Of a stretch of DNA of 64,000 bases, positions 28,739-37,814 are shown one piece after another. The notes beneath the pieces are model-generated. The model was given only the letters and a program-made list of their open reading frames with translations. It ran no database searches and was not told where the DNA came from. The DNA comes from a virus: positions 1 through 64,000 of IMG/VR virus record IMGVR_UViG_3300025137_005002; one strand, given 5' to 3'. The translations under genes and the position numbers were made by a program. Position 1 is the first letter of the stretch. The number at the start of each line of letters is the position of its first letter.

Positions 28739-29298
28739 TTAACTTTGGAGATGTATACACTGTTAAACTCAAACTTGAAGGTGAGAATCTAACACAATTC
28801 CTACAAGGTTTAATTACCAATGACATTAATAGTATTGACGGTGTATTAGAAACTTATATACTTACACCACAGGGTAAAATAAAACATCAAATAACAATTG
28901 AAGACAAGGGCGACAGTTATACTGTACTATGCACAAACGACCAAAGTGATTTAAGTAAGTTTTTAACAATGTATGCAAACCTAAGTGGTGTTACAGTAAC
29001 TCCGTTGAGTACAGATGATGTATACTATGACCAACGTTACTTTGTTGAACTACTAGCCAAGGGTAAAATTGATACTAACTTTCTAGTTCAACCTAGTTTA
29101 TATCCAAATGAAGTAGATGACAGTCTTGTTAACTATACCAAAGGATGTTTTGTAGGACAGGAAGTAGTTGCTAGAATGAAACATCTACAAAAGAACAAGC
29201 GAACTGTACAAGTACACCTTACAGTTTGTGAACTAGTTAAAGGTGCAAAGGTGTTAACCACAGTAGACAACTACTGTATAGTAAGACAGCCTTGTTAA
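28732..29298 (+). CDS. ygfZ: YgfZ/IBA57-like folate-binding Fe-S maturation factor (compact)
   Basis: FLQGLITND, LTPQGK, signature KGCFVGQEVVAR. Confidence 0.85.
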   Translation: MLVNFGDVYTVKLKLEGENLTQFLQGLITNDINSIDGVLETYILTPQGKIKHQITIEDKGDSYTVLCTNDQSDLSKFLTMYANLSGVTVTPLSTDDVYYDQRYFVELLAKGKIDTNFLVQPSLYPNEVDDSLVNYTKGCFVGQEVVARMKHLQKNKRTVQVHLTVCELVKGAKVLTTVDNYCIVRQPC

Positions 29299-29299
29299 T

Positions 29300-29545
29300 A
29301 TGTATTATAAATTGTATATGCCGAGCTTTGATGGAGCCACATGGTTCTATTACACAGATGTAGACAATCAAATAATGACATTTGCTACACCCGAACAAGC
29401 ATATGTATACAGTACTAACCTTACTCGTAAAGGTATGTGGGGAAGTAGAGCAGTGGTACACAACAACAAAGGTGAAGTTGTACCTTTTGGCCCAGGGGAT
29501 ACTGCTGGTCTGTCTGACGAAGACGTCGGTAAAGCCAATTTTTAG
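29300..29545 (+). CDS. Hypothetical protein
   Basis: 81 aa ORF directly after ygfZ. Confidence 0.5.
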   Translation: MYYKLYMPSFDGATWFYYTDVDNQIMTFATPEQAYVYSTNLTRKGMWGSRAVVHNNKGEVVPFGPGDTAGLSDEDVGKANF

Positions 29546-29557
29546 GTAAGTATTAAT

Positions 29558-29725
29558 ATGCTTTCTAAATTATTTAATGGGTTGCTTACACTACTGGCCC
29601 TGCCTATCTGTTGTTTAATAGCATTAATGGACACTGGTAACGGTATGAGCTATAAGCAAAACTTGAATCTTGTAATGGGACTTGGACAAAAAGGAAAATA
29701 CAATGACGAGAACAACACAAATTGA
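29558..29725 (+). CDS. Small hydrophobic protein (55 aa, not in track)
   Basis: MLSKLFNGLLTLLALPICCLIALM...; preceded by a TAAGTATT late-type motif. Confidence 0.4.
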   Translation: MLSKLFNGLLTLLALPICCLIALMDTGNGMSYKQNLNLVMGLGQKGKYNDENNTN

Positions 29726-29885
29726 ATTGAAAGATGATGTATACACAGTTAATATGTATATCGACAACAAGTTAATTGAAGCAAGAAGTCTTCCTGGACA
29801 CAGTAAGTGGTATGCTTACAGTTGTGCAGATAACTTTATCCTAGGGATCATATACCCTGAACAGTTAGAACTTGACTTCGGATAA
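29703..29885 (+). CDS. Hypothetical protein
   Basis: AAGGA RBS before ATG 29703. Confidence 0.5.
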   Translation: MTRTTQIELKDDVYTVNMYIDNKLIEARSLPGHSKWYAYSCADNFILGIIYPEQLELDFG

Positions 29886-29925
29886 ACTCTAGCAAAAACC
29901 CAAAAAAAATCTGTAGCAAAAATTT

Positions 29926-30087
29926 TTATTTGCCCTGGTATTTCTTACGACGAAGTTTTTGATTTTGTTTAGTACTAGTACAGTTAATTCCACATACCCG
30001 TTCAACATACTTTGTTAAAGGATTGTTCTTTTGATATGAAGTATATTCGCTAGACTGTTTCAAATTGCGTTTATTATGTAGCGCCAT
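29926..30087 (-). CDS. Small basic protein (53 aa, not in track)
   Basis: MALHNKRNLKQSSEY...RRKKYQGK, downstream of 30099..30299. Confidence 0.4.
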   Translation of the reverse strand: MALHNKRNLKQSSEYTSYQKNNPLTKYVERVCGINCTSTKQNQKLRRKKYQGK

Positions 30088-30098
30088 TTGTTTAGTAC

Positions 30099-30299
30099 TT
30101 ATGCTCTAGCCTTTGATTTAGACATCATATCCCAAAAGTTAATTTGACTTTGTTTGGAATACAGTTTATCCAAGTATAGTTTGTCTTTGCTTGACAGTGT
30201 TGATTGTGATTCTAAACGTTTAATCTCATATGCAGTTTCAATGGGCCACATTACATTGTGTAGTAGCATGACTCTACGTTGTTTAGGTGTTATGTTCAT
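30099..30299 (-). CDS. Early hypothetical protein
   Basis: AGGAG RBS and own sigma70-like promoter. Confidence 0.6.
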   Translation of the reverse strand: MNITPKQRRVMLLHNVMWPIETAYEIKRLESQSTLSSKDKLYLDKLYSKQSQINFWDMMSKSKARA

Positions 30300-30326
30300 A
30301 GTGTCTCCTGTAGTTAACTATAACTT

Positions 30327-30354
30327 ACTATAGCACATATACACTGTCTGTCAA
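30327..30354 (-). promoter_or_regulatory. Sigma70-type early promoter
   Basis: TTGACA-16 nt (ending TGC)-TATAGT. Confidence 0.75.
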
Positions 30355-30595
30355 GCATTGAATACACTAGTAACGGTTGTTACTATAGTACAGGATTTAA
30401 AGGTGTGAAAAGGTGTTGCTAAAACCTCAAAAAAATTGACAGCCGATTTGATTGCGCCAGGGTAAGGAATCAAGGTGGGGCCAAAACGTAGCCCCCTGGG
30501 GTCAGATTTCAGAAAGTTTTTTTAGATTCAGAGTATATATGGATATAGTGTATACAGTTCGTATAACCCCCCTATTAGCTCTTACTGTGGGTATA

Positions 30596-30847
30596 CTATG
30601 CTTGTACTATATCAACTGCCCATTGATCCCAGGGCTCAGTCTCTGTTGCTTTAAGACAGTTCATGCTAGTAGTATAGTCTGAACTTAATACATTGTTCTC
30701 TAGTGTATCTGCTACTAGGTTCATGTCCTCCTCACTATTGGTATCTACCCATAGTGTACCATGTTCCCAATGCATACTAGGTGCAGTAAGGTCCTGTTCA
30801 ATGAATGCAGTGTTAATTGCTTGTATGCTCTTAGTCTCTAGTCCCAT
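30596..30847 (-). CDS. Early acidic hypothetical protein
   Basis: AGGAGG RBS, upstream promoter. Confidence 0.65.
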   Translation of the reverse strand: MGLETKSIQAINTAFIEQDLTAPSMHWEHGTLWVDTNSEEDMNLVADTLENNVLSSDYTTSMNCLKATETEPWDQWAVDIVQA

Positions 30848-30878
30848 GTAAGCCTCCTATTAATTAACTTATACATAT

Positions 30879-30906
30879 ATAATAGCACACATACACACTT
30901 TGTCAA
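30879..30906 (-). promoter_or_regulatory. Sigma70-type early promoter
   Basis: TTGACA-16 nt (ending TGC)-TATTAT. Confidence 0.75.
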
Positions 30907-30922
30907 CCGAAATAAATACTAT

Positions 30923-31141
30923 ATGTACTGGAAAAACATTAAACAAGGGTTAATTAAAGCGGCGATTATACTAGTACCTACCTATATTACTGCTTATCTA
31001 ACTGATAAAATGATATATGTTGTGCCCATGTTGGCGGCTAGTGGCTTTATTGCCGCGGCTTTGTTCAATGATACAGTGGAAAAACGTGTAGATGATGACT
31101 CTGGTTACAAAGAACTAGAGGGAGATGTGGATGCTGAATAG
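30923..31141 (+). CDS. Small 2-TM membrane protein with acidic tail
   Basis: Two hydrophobic helices; TAAATACT motif 2 nt before ATG. Confidence 0.55.
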   Translation: MYWKNIKQGLIKAAIILVPTYITAYLTDKMIYVVPMLAASGFIAAALFNDTVEKRVDDDSGYKELEGDVDAE

Positions 31142-31172
31142 TATCCTAGACTTCTCATTATATAATATACAT

Positions 31173-31201
31173 ATTATAACAGGTTTTTATCACTTTGTCA
31201 A
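31173..31201 (-). promoter_or_regulatory. Consensus sigma70 promoter
   Basis: TTGACA-17 nt (ending TGT)-TATAAT. Confidence 0.75.
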
Positions 31202-31235
31202 CCGGTTTTTTGCCAATAATATCAACAGTAATAGG

Positions 31236-31263
31236 TTGACAAATCACCTAATCAGTGTATAAT
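31236..31263 (+). promoter_or_regulatory. Sigma70 promoter for radical SAM #6
   Basis: TTGACA-16 nt-TATAAT, 25 nt before ATG 31288. Confidence 0.75.
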
Positions 31264-31287
31264 AACAATAAGCACCCGAGTGACTAT

Positions 31288-32610
31288 ATGAAACCGAATA
31301 CAAAAAGCTCTACATTCTGCGTATTACCGTGGATTCATTCGCATACATCTGCTAATGGAACCTTCAAACCCTGTTGTAATGCCATGGGTAATGATCAACC
31401 TGTGCATACCAGCAACCCTTTAGACAAGAGTACATGGTATAAGTTCGACGCTAGTGACACAAACAAAGCCAGAGCCGCGGATAGTGTAAGCATAAGACGT
31501 AATGGTTATACATTAAGTGAATGGTTTGTAAGTCCTTATATGAATACACTGCGTGATGACTTGAATAACGGTGTGAAGAATCCCATGTGTGGACGTTGTT
31601 GGAGAGATGAAGCAAGGAGTGGCAGTAGCATACGTTCAAGAATGAACAGTAAGTACCAAGACTTGTTACCAGAAGAACCCGGCATAGTATACTTGGACCT
31701 TAAGTTAACCAATCAATGTAACCTCAAGTGTCGTATGTGTGGCCCTAGTGACAGTAACCTTATAGGCAGTGACATAGTACAACTAGAACAACTGGGTCTA
31801 CCTGTACCTATTAACTACAGTAATGCCTTCGGCCCTAGGAGAAGAGCTCAAGTTACGGACAAGTATATAAGTGGATTACCACACAGTACCAATGAAGACA
31901 TTAAGCAACTAGTAAAACAAATTAAAGTAATGAAAATAACCGGCGGTGAACCTACACTACAGCCGGAAGTATTGAGACTATTAGACTATGCTATAGACAA
32001 TGGCTATGCTGATAACATTGAATTACAAATAACAACTAATGCTACCAAGTTCACTCCCACATTTTTAGATCATATTGAACAGTTTAAACACGTGAGCTTT
32101 AATATAAGTGTAGATGGTTACGGTAAGACATACGATTATATACGGTATCCCTTTACATGGGACAAGTTTGAGGAACGTATAGAGATGTTAGAGCACCGTT
32201 ATGGAGCGAAGAATGAGCGAGTAGTATGGAAGTATACTTGTGTACCGCAGATGTTTAACATAGAGAACCTTTATAAACTACAAACAAGGGTAGGCAAGTA
32301 TGATCTATATATGAATAACGTGCTACACCCTGATGGTATATACAATAGTTTAGACATAGTCCCACTTAACATACTGGAGAGAAGTGTTAAATCAATTAAA
32401 TTGGTAGAAGGTTCAAGTGAGATACTAGTAAACTATTTAAAAAGATTAATTACAGATAAAAAGAAATATGGTGAAGTATCACTAGAGCGATTAAAAGACA
32501 TGGTGTTAAGTGTACAAGGAGTAGATACCTTACGCAAACAACACTATAAAGACTATTTAGAGCCCCGTACGGTGGACTTTATAAGTGAATCGGCCCGTAA
32601 GACTATTTAA
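31288..32610 (+). CDS. Radical SAM enzyme #6, type A
   Basis: FCVLPW...PCC...MCGRC; CNLKCRMC; TGGEP; YIRYP. Confidence 0.9.
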   Translation: MKPNTKSSTFCVLPWIHSHTSANGTFKPCCNAMGNDQPVHTSNPLDKSTWYKFDASDTNKARAADSVSIRRNGYTLSEWFVSPYMNTLRDDLNNGVKNPMCGRCWRDEARSGSSIRSRMNSKYQDLLPEEPGIVYLDLKLTNQCNLKCRMCGPSDSNLIGSDIVQLEQLGLPVPINYSNAFGPRRRAQVTDKYISGLPHSTNEDIKQLVKQIKVMKITGGEPTLQPEVLRLLDYAIDNGYADNIELQITTNATKFTPTFLDHIEQFKHVSFNISVDGYGKTYDYIRYPFTWDKFEERIEMLEHRYGAKNERVVWKYTCVPQMFNIENLYKLQTRVGKYDLYMNNVLHPDGIYNSLDIVPLNILERSVKSIKLVEGSSEILVNYLKRLITDKKKYGEVSLERLKDMVLSVQGVDTLRKQHYKDYLEPRTVDFISESARKTI

Positions 32611-32732
32611 AGGTAGGAACGCACTGTATACGAGCGACAAAAAAGAGAGGCGTGAGCGACGGCAACCGACCATTAAGAAAAATTCTGCACCCTTGCACAC
32701 ATTCACTTTTAAATCAATTTAAATGAATACAC

Positions 32733-32761
32733 TTGCATTCACTGTAGATTCAGTGTATAAT
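32733..32761 (+). promoter_or_regulatory. Probable sigma70-type promoter
   Basis: TTGCAT-17 nt-TATAAT; shares TCAGTGTATAAT with the 31236 promoter. Confidence 0.55.
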
Positions 32762-32923
32762 ATAACGATAAATACTAGTATGCAGTAGTTCACTGCTCAT
32801 CAGCATACAGTGTATTAAATGAATTAAATTAAATCAATCCTCTACTAGCATAGATAACGTGCTATAGAGTAAATAACTGTTATAAAGAGTACGCAACTTA
32901 TTACCGTCAATAAAAGAGAACAC

Positions 32924-34519
32924 ATGAGCATAGACTTAAATAATCCCTACGATAAACAAGTATTTGATACTAACCCTTTAGAACCTTTAAATCCGCAACT
33001 ACTGACTGAACGTAAAGAGTCAAAGTGGAAAGACAATGAAGGCTACACCATGTTTCAATATGAACGTGTTAAACGTTTAGAATTGGAATTCAATAACACT
33101 TGTTTTTTATACTGTGGAGGTTGTGGACGTACATTTAATCCAGAACTAGAAAAAGCAGGCAAGAAACTTGTTATGCTTAAAGACATCAAAAAGTTTTTCC
33201 CACCCGAATTTTGTAGTCAACTGCACTACTTTTTAAGTTGCGGTAACTATGGTGATCCAACTGCACACCCTGAAACACTAGACATACTACGTTACTTTAG
33301 AGAGAACGGTACAAAGAACGTATCAATATCAAGTAACGGAGCATCAAGAAGTCCAGAATGGTGGGCAGAACTAGCCACAATAATCAATGGCGAAGGTGGA
33401 AGCCGTGACAATATAGTTAATTACTACGGCGGTAGAGTTACCTTTAGCATTGACGGACTGGCTGATACTAACCATTTATATCGTGTGGGAGCAAAGTGGG
33501 ATCGTATTGTAGAAAACGTTACTGCGTTTATTAATGCAGGAGGTAGAGCACGTTGGCAATGGATAATGATGAACCATAATGAACACCAATTAGAAGAGGC
33601 CAAAGCATTTGCCAAAGACATAGGCTTTAGTGAGTTTATTGAAAAGGTATCCTTTAGATATAACCCCATACGCATGAGCAAACGTGAAGCAGAGAAACTG
33701 GCTGAAGATGCCGAGTTTGAAATGCTTAAAGACCGTAGTTTAAAGCAGGAAGAAATGCGAAAAGACGTTAGTATGAAATTTGAGCTTACCGACACTTCAG
33801 GCGTCTCTTCGAGCCGAGCCGCTAAACAAGGTGGCACCGAACTTTCGCCCGTTAATGTAAGTGTTAATCCAGCGAACCAACATCCTTATAGAGAAAAGAT
33901 TAAAGGCATACACGAACGTACAAGCAAGACTGCTAAAAAGTTTTGGAACACTAAACAAAACATTATATGTCAGAATATAGGTGATCCACGTATATATGTT
34001 GATGCTACAGGTAAAGTATGGCCCTGCAATTGGTTAGGTGGAATAGAATTTTATGAAAACAAGGACACGCATTGGCCCTTGCCTAGTTATAAGAAGTATG
34101 GTATAGATGATCAATGGAACAGTTTATATAACTTTGCAGATGATGATAACCCTGTTAGAAGCATACTAGAACATCCTTTTTATGAGTATTTGCTGGAAGA
34201 AGACTGGAAACATAGTAGTGAAATGCAACCTGCTAAATGTAAACAAATGTGTCATACAGAGCTAGGTGATGGTATATTTGAAAGTATGAGACGTAATGAA
34301 CAGAATTTAAAAACTGGTGAGTATAAAGACATCAGCGAAATACATGATACAGGTATTACTAAAGATGGACAACTAGTAGAAGCACCTAAAGATCAAAAAA
34401 CAGGACGTTATAAACATCAAGGCGGAACAGGCATTGGTCCTGGCAGTAACAAGGCTGTAGAAGGATTAGATCAATCAATATTAGATATTGAAACTATAGA
34501 TGAAGACGACGAATCATAA
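32924..34519 (+). CDS. Radical SAM enzyme #7, type B with extended linker and termini
   Basis: LEFNNTCFLYCGGC, GNYGDP, FSIDG, HNEHQ; C...WPC...KCKQMC. Confidence 0.88.
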   Translation: MSIDLNNPYDKQVFDTNPLEPLNPQLLTERKESKWKDNEGYTMFQYERVKRLELEFNNTCFLYCGGCGRTFNPELEKAGKKLVMLKDIKKFFPPEFCSQLHYFLSCGNYGDPTAHPETLDILRYFRENGTKNVSISSNGASRSPEWWAELATIINGEGGSRDNIVNYYGGRVTFSIDGLADTNHLYRVGAKWDRIVENVTAFINAGGRARWQWIMMNHNEHQLEEAKAFAKDIGFSEFIEKVSFRYNPIRMSKREAEKLAEDAEFEMLKDRSLKQEEMRKDVSMKFELTDTSGVSSSRAAKQGGTELSPVNVSVNPANQHPYREKIKGIHERTSKTAKKFWNTKQNIICQNIGDPRIYVDATGKVWPCNWLGGIEFYENKDTHWPLPSYKKYGIDDQWNSLYNFADDDNPVRSILEHPFYEYLLEEDWKHSSEMQPAKCKQMCHTELGDGIFESMRRNEQNLKTGEYKDISEIHDTGITKDGQLVEAPKDQKTGRYKHQGGTGIGPGSNKAVEGLDQSILDIETIDEDDES

Positions 34520-35807
34520 GCAATTAAAAGGCTTTTGTGTACTGCCTTTTATTCATTTAAGCACAAGAACTGATGGAAGTATGCAGATATGCTGTCATGC
34601 TAACAGTAGCAGTGACCCCAAGAATAGACGTCCAGGTACTAATCGCAAAGACACAGGCGAATTTGTTAATTTAAAAGTAGATAAAGCAGAAGACTATTGG
34701 AACACTGACTTTATGCGTACAATAAGAACAGATATGTTGGCTAATAAAAAGCCACGTGCTTGTTTAACCTGTTATAAAGAAGAGTCACTAGGATATAGAA
34801 GTAAACGTGTATGGGAAAATGAAGAGTGGGAAAATAGAATTAATGTAGGCGATTTATTGAATAAAGTCAGCAGTGATGGTAGTATTAAATATGGTATTAA
34901 CTATGTTGATATGAAATTAGGTAATAAATGTGACCTAGCCTGTGTAATGTGTAACCCTGCAGACAGTACACAATGGATACCAGACTATAATAAATTAATT
35001 AGTGCAGGCAGTGACGAATTAAAAAATGAAATACATTGGAATAAATCAGAAGCAGGTGGATATAATTGGTGGAAAAATAATAAAACATATTGGAATGATA
35101 TCTATGAGCAACTGCATAATTTAAAACATATCTATATTATTGGCGGTGAGCCTACTATTAATAAAGAATTTAAAGTATTTTTACAGTACTGCGTGGATAA
35201 TAATTATGCTAAAGACATTGAATTAAGATTTAATACCAATGGACAAACATTGGATAATGAATTAAAAGAATTATATAAATCATTTAAACACTGTTTAGTT
35301 CATTTAAGCATGGACGGTATAGAGCAACGTTATACATATATTCGTTATCCTGGCACATGGGAAAAAGAATTAAATGTATTAAAGTATTGGGATGATATGC
35401 CTGATAATGTAACAGTGGATATTGACTGTACAGTTAGTGCTTTAAATGTTAGCCATATTCCTGAATTTGTTCGTTGGAAAATGGATCAAGGCTTTAAAAA
35501 ATTAAATAAAAGAAGATTTGGTGGAACTATAGGTATGCATTTCCTATGGACACCTAACTTTTTGGGTATTAATAATTTAAATAAAGAAATAAAACAAAAA
35601 GCACAACAAGATATAATGCAATTAAGAATGGAACTTGGTAAACAAGTTACAGATAGATATAAAAAGTTTGATGCTCTTATAAGTGCATTAGATAAACCAG
35701 CAAAGAATATTCCATTACTAGTAGAGTATTTAGATAAAATGGATAGGATAAGAGGTACTTCATGGACGGATACGTTTCCAGAACTAATAAGTTTGCGTCA
35801 GAATTAA
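34500..35807 (+). CDS. Radical SAM enzyme #8, type A
   Basis: FCVLPF...ICC...ACLTC; CDLACVMC; IGGEP. Confidence 0.9.
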   Translation: MKTTNHKQLKGFCVLPFIHLSTRTDGSMQICCHANSSSDPKNRRPGTNRKDTGEFVNLKVDKAEDYWNTDFMRTIRTDMLANKKPRACLTCYKEESLGYRSKRVWENEEWENRINVGDLLNKVSSDGSIKYGINYVDMKLGNKCDLACVMCNPADSTQWIPDYNKLISAGSDELKNEIHWNKSEAGGYNWWKNNKTYWNDIYEQLHNLKHIYIIGGEPTINKEFKVFLQYCVDNNYAKDIELRFNTNGQTLDNELKELYKSFKHCLVHLSMDGIEQRYTYIRYPGTWEKELNVLKYWDDMPDNVTVDIDCTVSALNVSHIPEFVRWKMDQGFKKLNKRRFGGTIGMHFLWTPNFLGINNLNKEIKQKAQQDIMQLRMELGKQVTDRYKKFDALISALDKPAKNIPLLVEYLDKMDRIRGTSWTDTFPELISLRQN

Positions 35808-36736
35808 TAGAAAAAGATTTAATTAGTTCTAAAAAACACAATGCAATTTACGATTACTTTTTTCAAACAACATTAAGAGATGCTCCGTGGTATGATTGGT
35901 TAGATAAACCTGGATACTTTGAAGTTGCTGACGAATATAAAGAACGTATTACAGAATGGATACATGATAATGATTTTAATACAGTAACAGGATTAAATCA
36001 ATATAAACACTGTGATTTAATTAATGGAACTACTCAAGCATTTGATGAAGCATATTATAGATATAAAGATAGAAATCTAAGAGTTTTGCGTGGCGAGTAT
36101 GCGTACCATAAAAGAATTGTTACTGATTATCAATATTTAGATAGTGTAGACAAGGATAATATTGAATTAAGTCAATTAGATAACAAAAATCCAATAAAAG
36201 AAAATGATTGGGTAATAATGAGTTTACCTTTTTGTGGGAATGGTGCTATGCCTACTGGGTATCATGCTATATTAGATGACTGTTGGAGATTAAAAGTTCC
36301 TGTGTTAGTTGATTGTGCATGGTATGGTACTTGTATGGATCTACATATTGAATTAGGACACCCTGCTATAACAGAAGTTTGTTTTAGTTTAACTAAAAGT
36401 ACAGGTACAGGTAATATTAGAAGTGGTGTACGTTACAGTAATTACGAAGATAATTTACCAATTAGACAACAAAATAATTATAATCATTTAGTATTAGGTG
36501 CGGCTCAAGTAGGTATTCATGTTATGAAACATATACCTAGTGACTGGCAAGTAAAGAATTACAGAGACTTTCAAGTACAACTATGTCGTAAATTGAATAT
36601 TATGCCAACAAACTGTATGCATATTGCACTAGCAGAAGGAGATGAGGATTGGCACAAAGACTTTTTAATTGACCAACGTTATTATAAAGTTGGAATTAGA
36701 CAAGCACTTAAAGAAATTAAAAAAGGCAACTTGTGA
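35762..36736 (+). CDS. PLP-dependent enzyme, fold type I (aminotransferase/decarboxylase-like)
   Basis: NGTTQAF, GEY.YH, VLVDCAW, FSLTK (Schiff-base Lys), R.G. Confidence 0.7.
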   Translation: MDGYVSRTNKFASELIEKDLISSKKHNAIYDYFFQTTLRDAPWYDWLDKPGYFEVADEYKERITEWIHDNDFNTVTGLNQYKHCDLINGTTQAFDEAYYRYKDRNLRVLRGEYAYHKRIVTDYQYLDSVDKDNIELSQLDNKNPIKENDWVIMSLPFCGNGAMPTGYHAILDDCWRLKVPVLVDCAWYGTCMDLHIELGHPAITEVCFSLTKSTGTGNIRSGVRYSNYEDNLPIRQQNNYNHLVLGAAQVGIHVMKHIPSDWQVKNYRDFQVQLCRKLNIMPTNCMHIALAEGDEDWHKDFLIDQRYYKVGIRQALKEIKKGNL

Positions 36737-36743
36737 TACAAGA

Positions 36744-37814
36744 ATGTTAGATATAGACAAAATTAATTATATGATGATAGAGTTTACATCGGCTTGTAAT
36801 GCCAGATGTCCTGCCTGTGCTAGAACACAACATTTTGTCAACAGTGGTATAACTCCACACGGCAGTAGACAGATAACAATGGATCATATGAAGAATTTGT
36901 TTGGTATTAAATGGCCCAACCTAAGAAAAATAAACATTGATGGTAACTATGGTGACAGTATGTATCATCCTAAAAGTTTAGAACTATTAGAGTATATTGC
37001 GGACACGCAAGATGCGTCTAATATTAAGTTATATATTGATAGTAATGGAGGGTATAAGACCCCAGAGTTTTGGAAAGACTTAGGACAACTGATGAAACGT
37101 TTTCATGATACAAGTTGTATTACATTTGGCATTGATGGAATAGATCCGGAGATGCACGCCAGGTATAGAGTAAGAGTTAATTTAGATAAAGTCTTTGCTA
37201 ATGCTAAAACATTTATTGAAAATGGTGGCAATGCAGAATGGAAGTGGATTGGCTTTGATTATAATGATCATCAACTTGAAGATGCTAAACGCATGAGTAA
37301 AGAAATGGGCTTCAGTGCGTTTATCTATAAAAACACTAGAGTAAGACATAGCATCATAAGACAGGCAATGGGTTTGCAAGACTTAGACAAAGGAGTTACT
37401 GCTACAAGTAAAAATGTTAACAGTACAATTAGTAAAGACATTGTAAAACAAGCACAGAAAGAAATTGCTAGTGTAAAAGATTTTGCTAATGAATCAGTTA
37501 TTAAATGTAGATTCCGTAGAGAGAAGAACTACGGATTTCAAGTAGAGCATAGTGGCAGAATATACCAGTGTTGTCATTTACCAGGATACTACAATTATCA
37601 GCAACCGGGCAGTAAAATATACAAAGAATATGAGTACTATACAAATAAATACAGTAGTAACTGGAACAGTTTAGACGAACATAACATAATGGACATACTA
37701 AATCATCAATATTTCCAACATGATTTGACTGACAGTTTTAATAACAAAACAGATGCTTCTGAGAACCCAAGAATAAGTAGATGCATTTCAAAATGTGGAT
37801 CAATTGATGGCTAA
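36744..37814 (+). CDS. Radical SAM enzyme #9, type B
   Basis: IEFTSACNARCPAC, GNYGD, FGIDG; GRIYQCCH...RCISKC. Confidence 0.9.
   Translation: MLDIDKINYMMIEFTSACNARCPACARTQHFVNSGITPHGSRQITMDHMKNLFGIKWPNLRKINIDGNYGDSMYHPKSLELLEYIADTQDASNIKLYIDSNGGYKTPEFWKDLGQLMKRFHDTSCITFGIDGIDPEMHARYRVRVNLDKVFANAKTFIENGGNAEWKWIGFDYNDHQLEDAKRMSKEMGFSAFIYKNTRVRHSIIRQAMGLQDLDKGVTATSKNVNSTISKDIVKQAQKEIASVKDFANESVIKCRFRREKNYGFQVEHSGRIYQCCHLPGYYNYQQPGSKIYKEYEYYTNKYSSNWNSLDEHNIMDILNHQYFQHDLTDSFNNKTDASENPRISRCISKCGSIDG

Noticed and set aside
30452-30682. 76 aa + strand ORF in the track
   Set aside because: TTG start without RBS, runs through the GC hairpin and overlaps a well-supported minus-strand gene.
27600-32600. 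GC-skew switch marking an origin near 30 kb
   Set aside because: Hand counts on a few lines were inconsistent; needs computation, so it is not claimed.
35762-36736. Cysteine desulfurase IscS/SufS
   Set aside because: Has FSLTK rather than SxHK and lacks the SGSAC/RxGxHC catalytic Cys loop.
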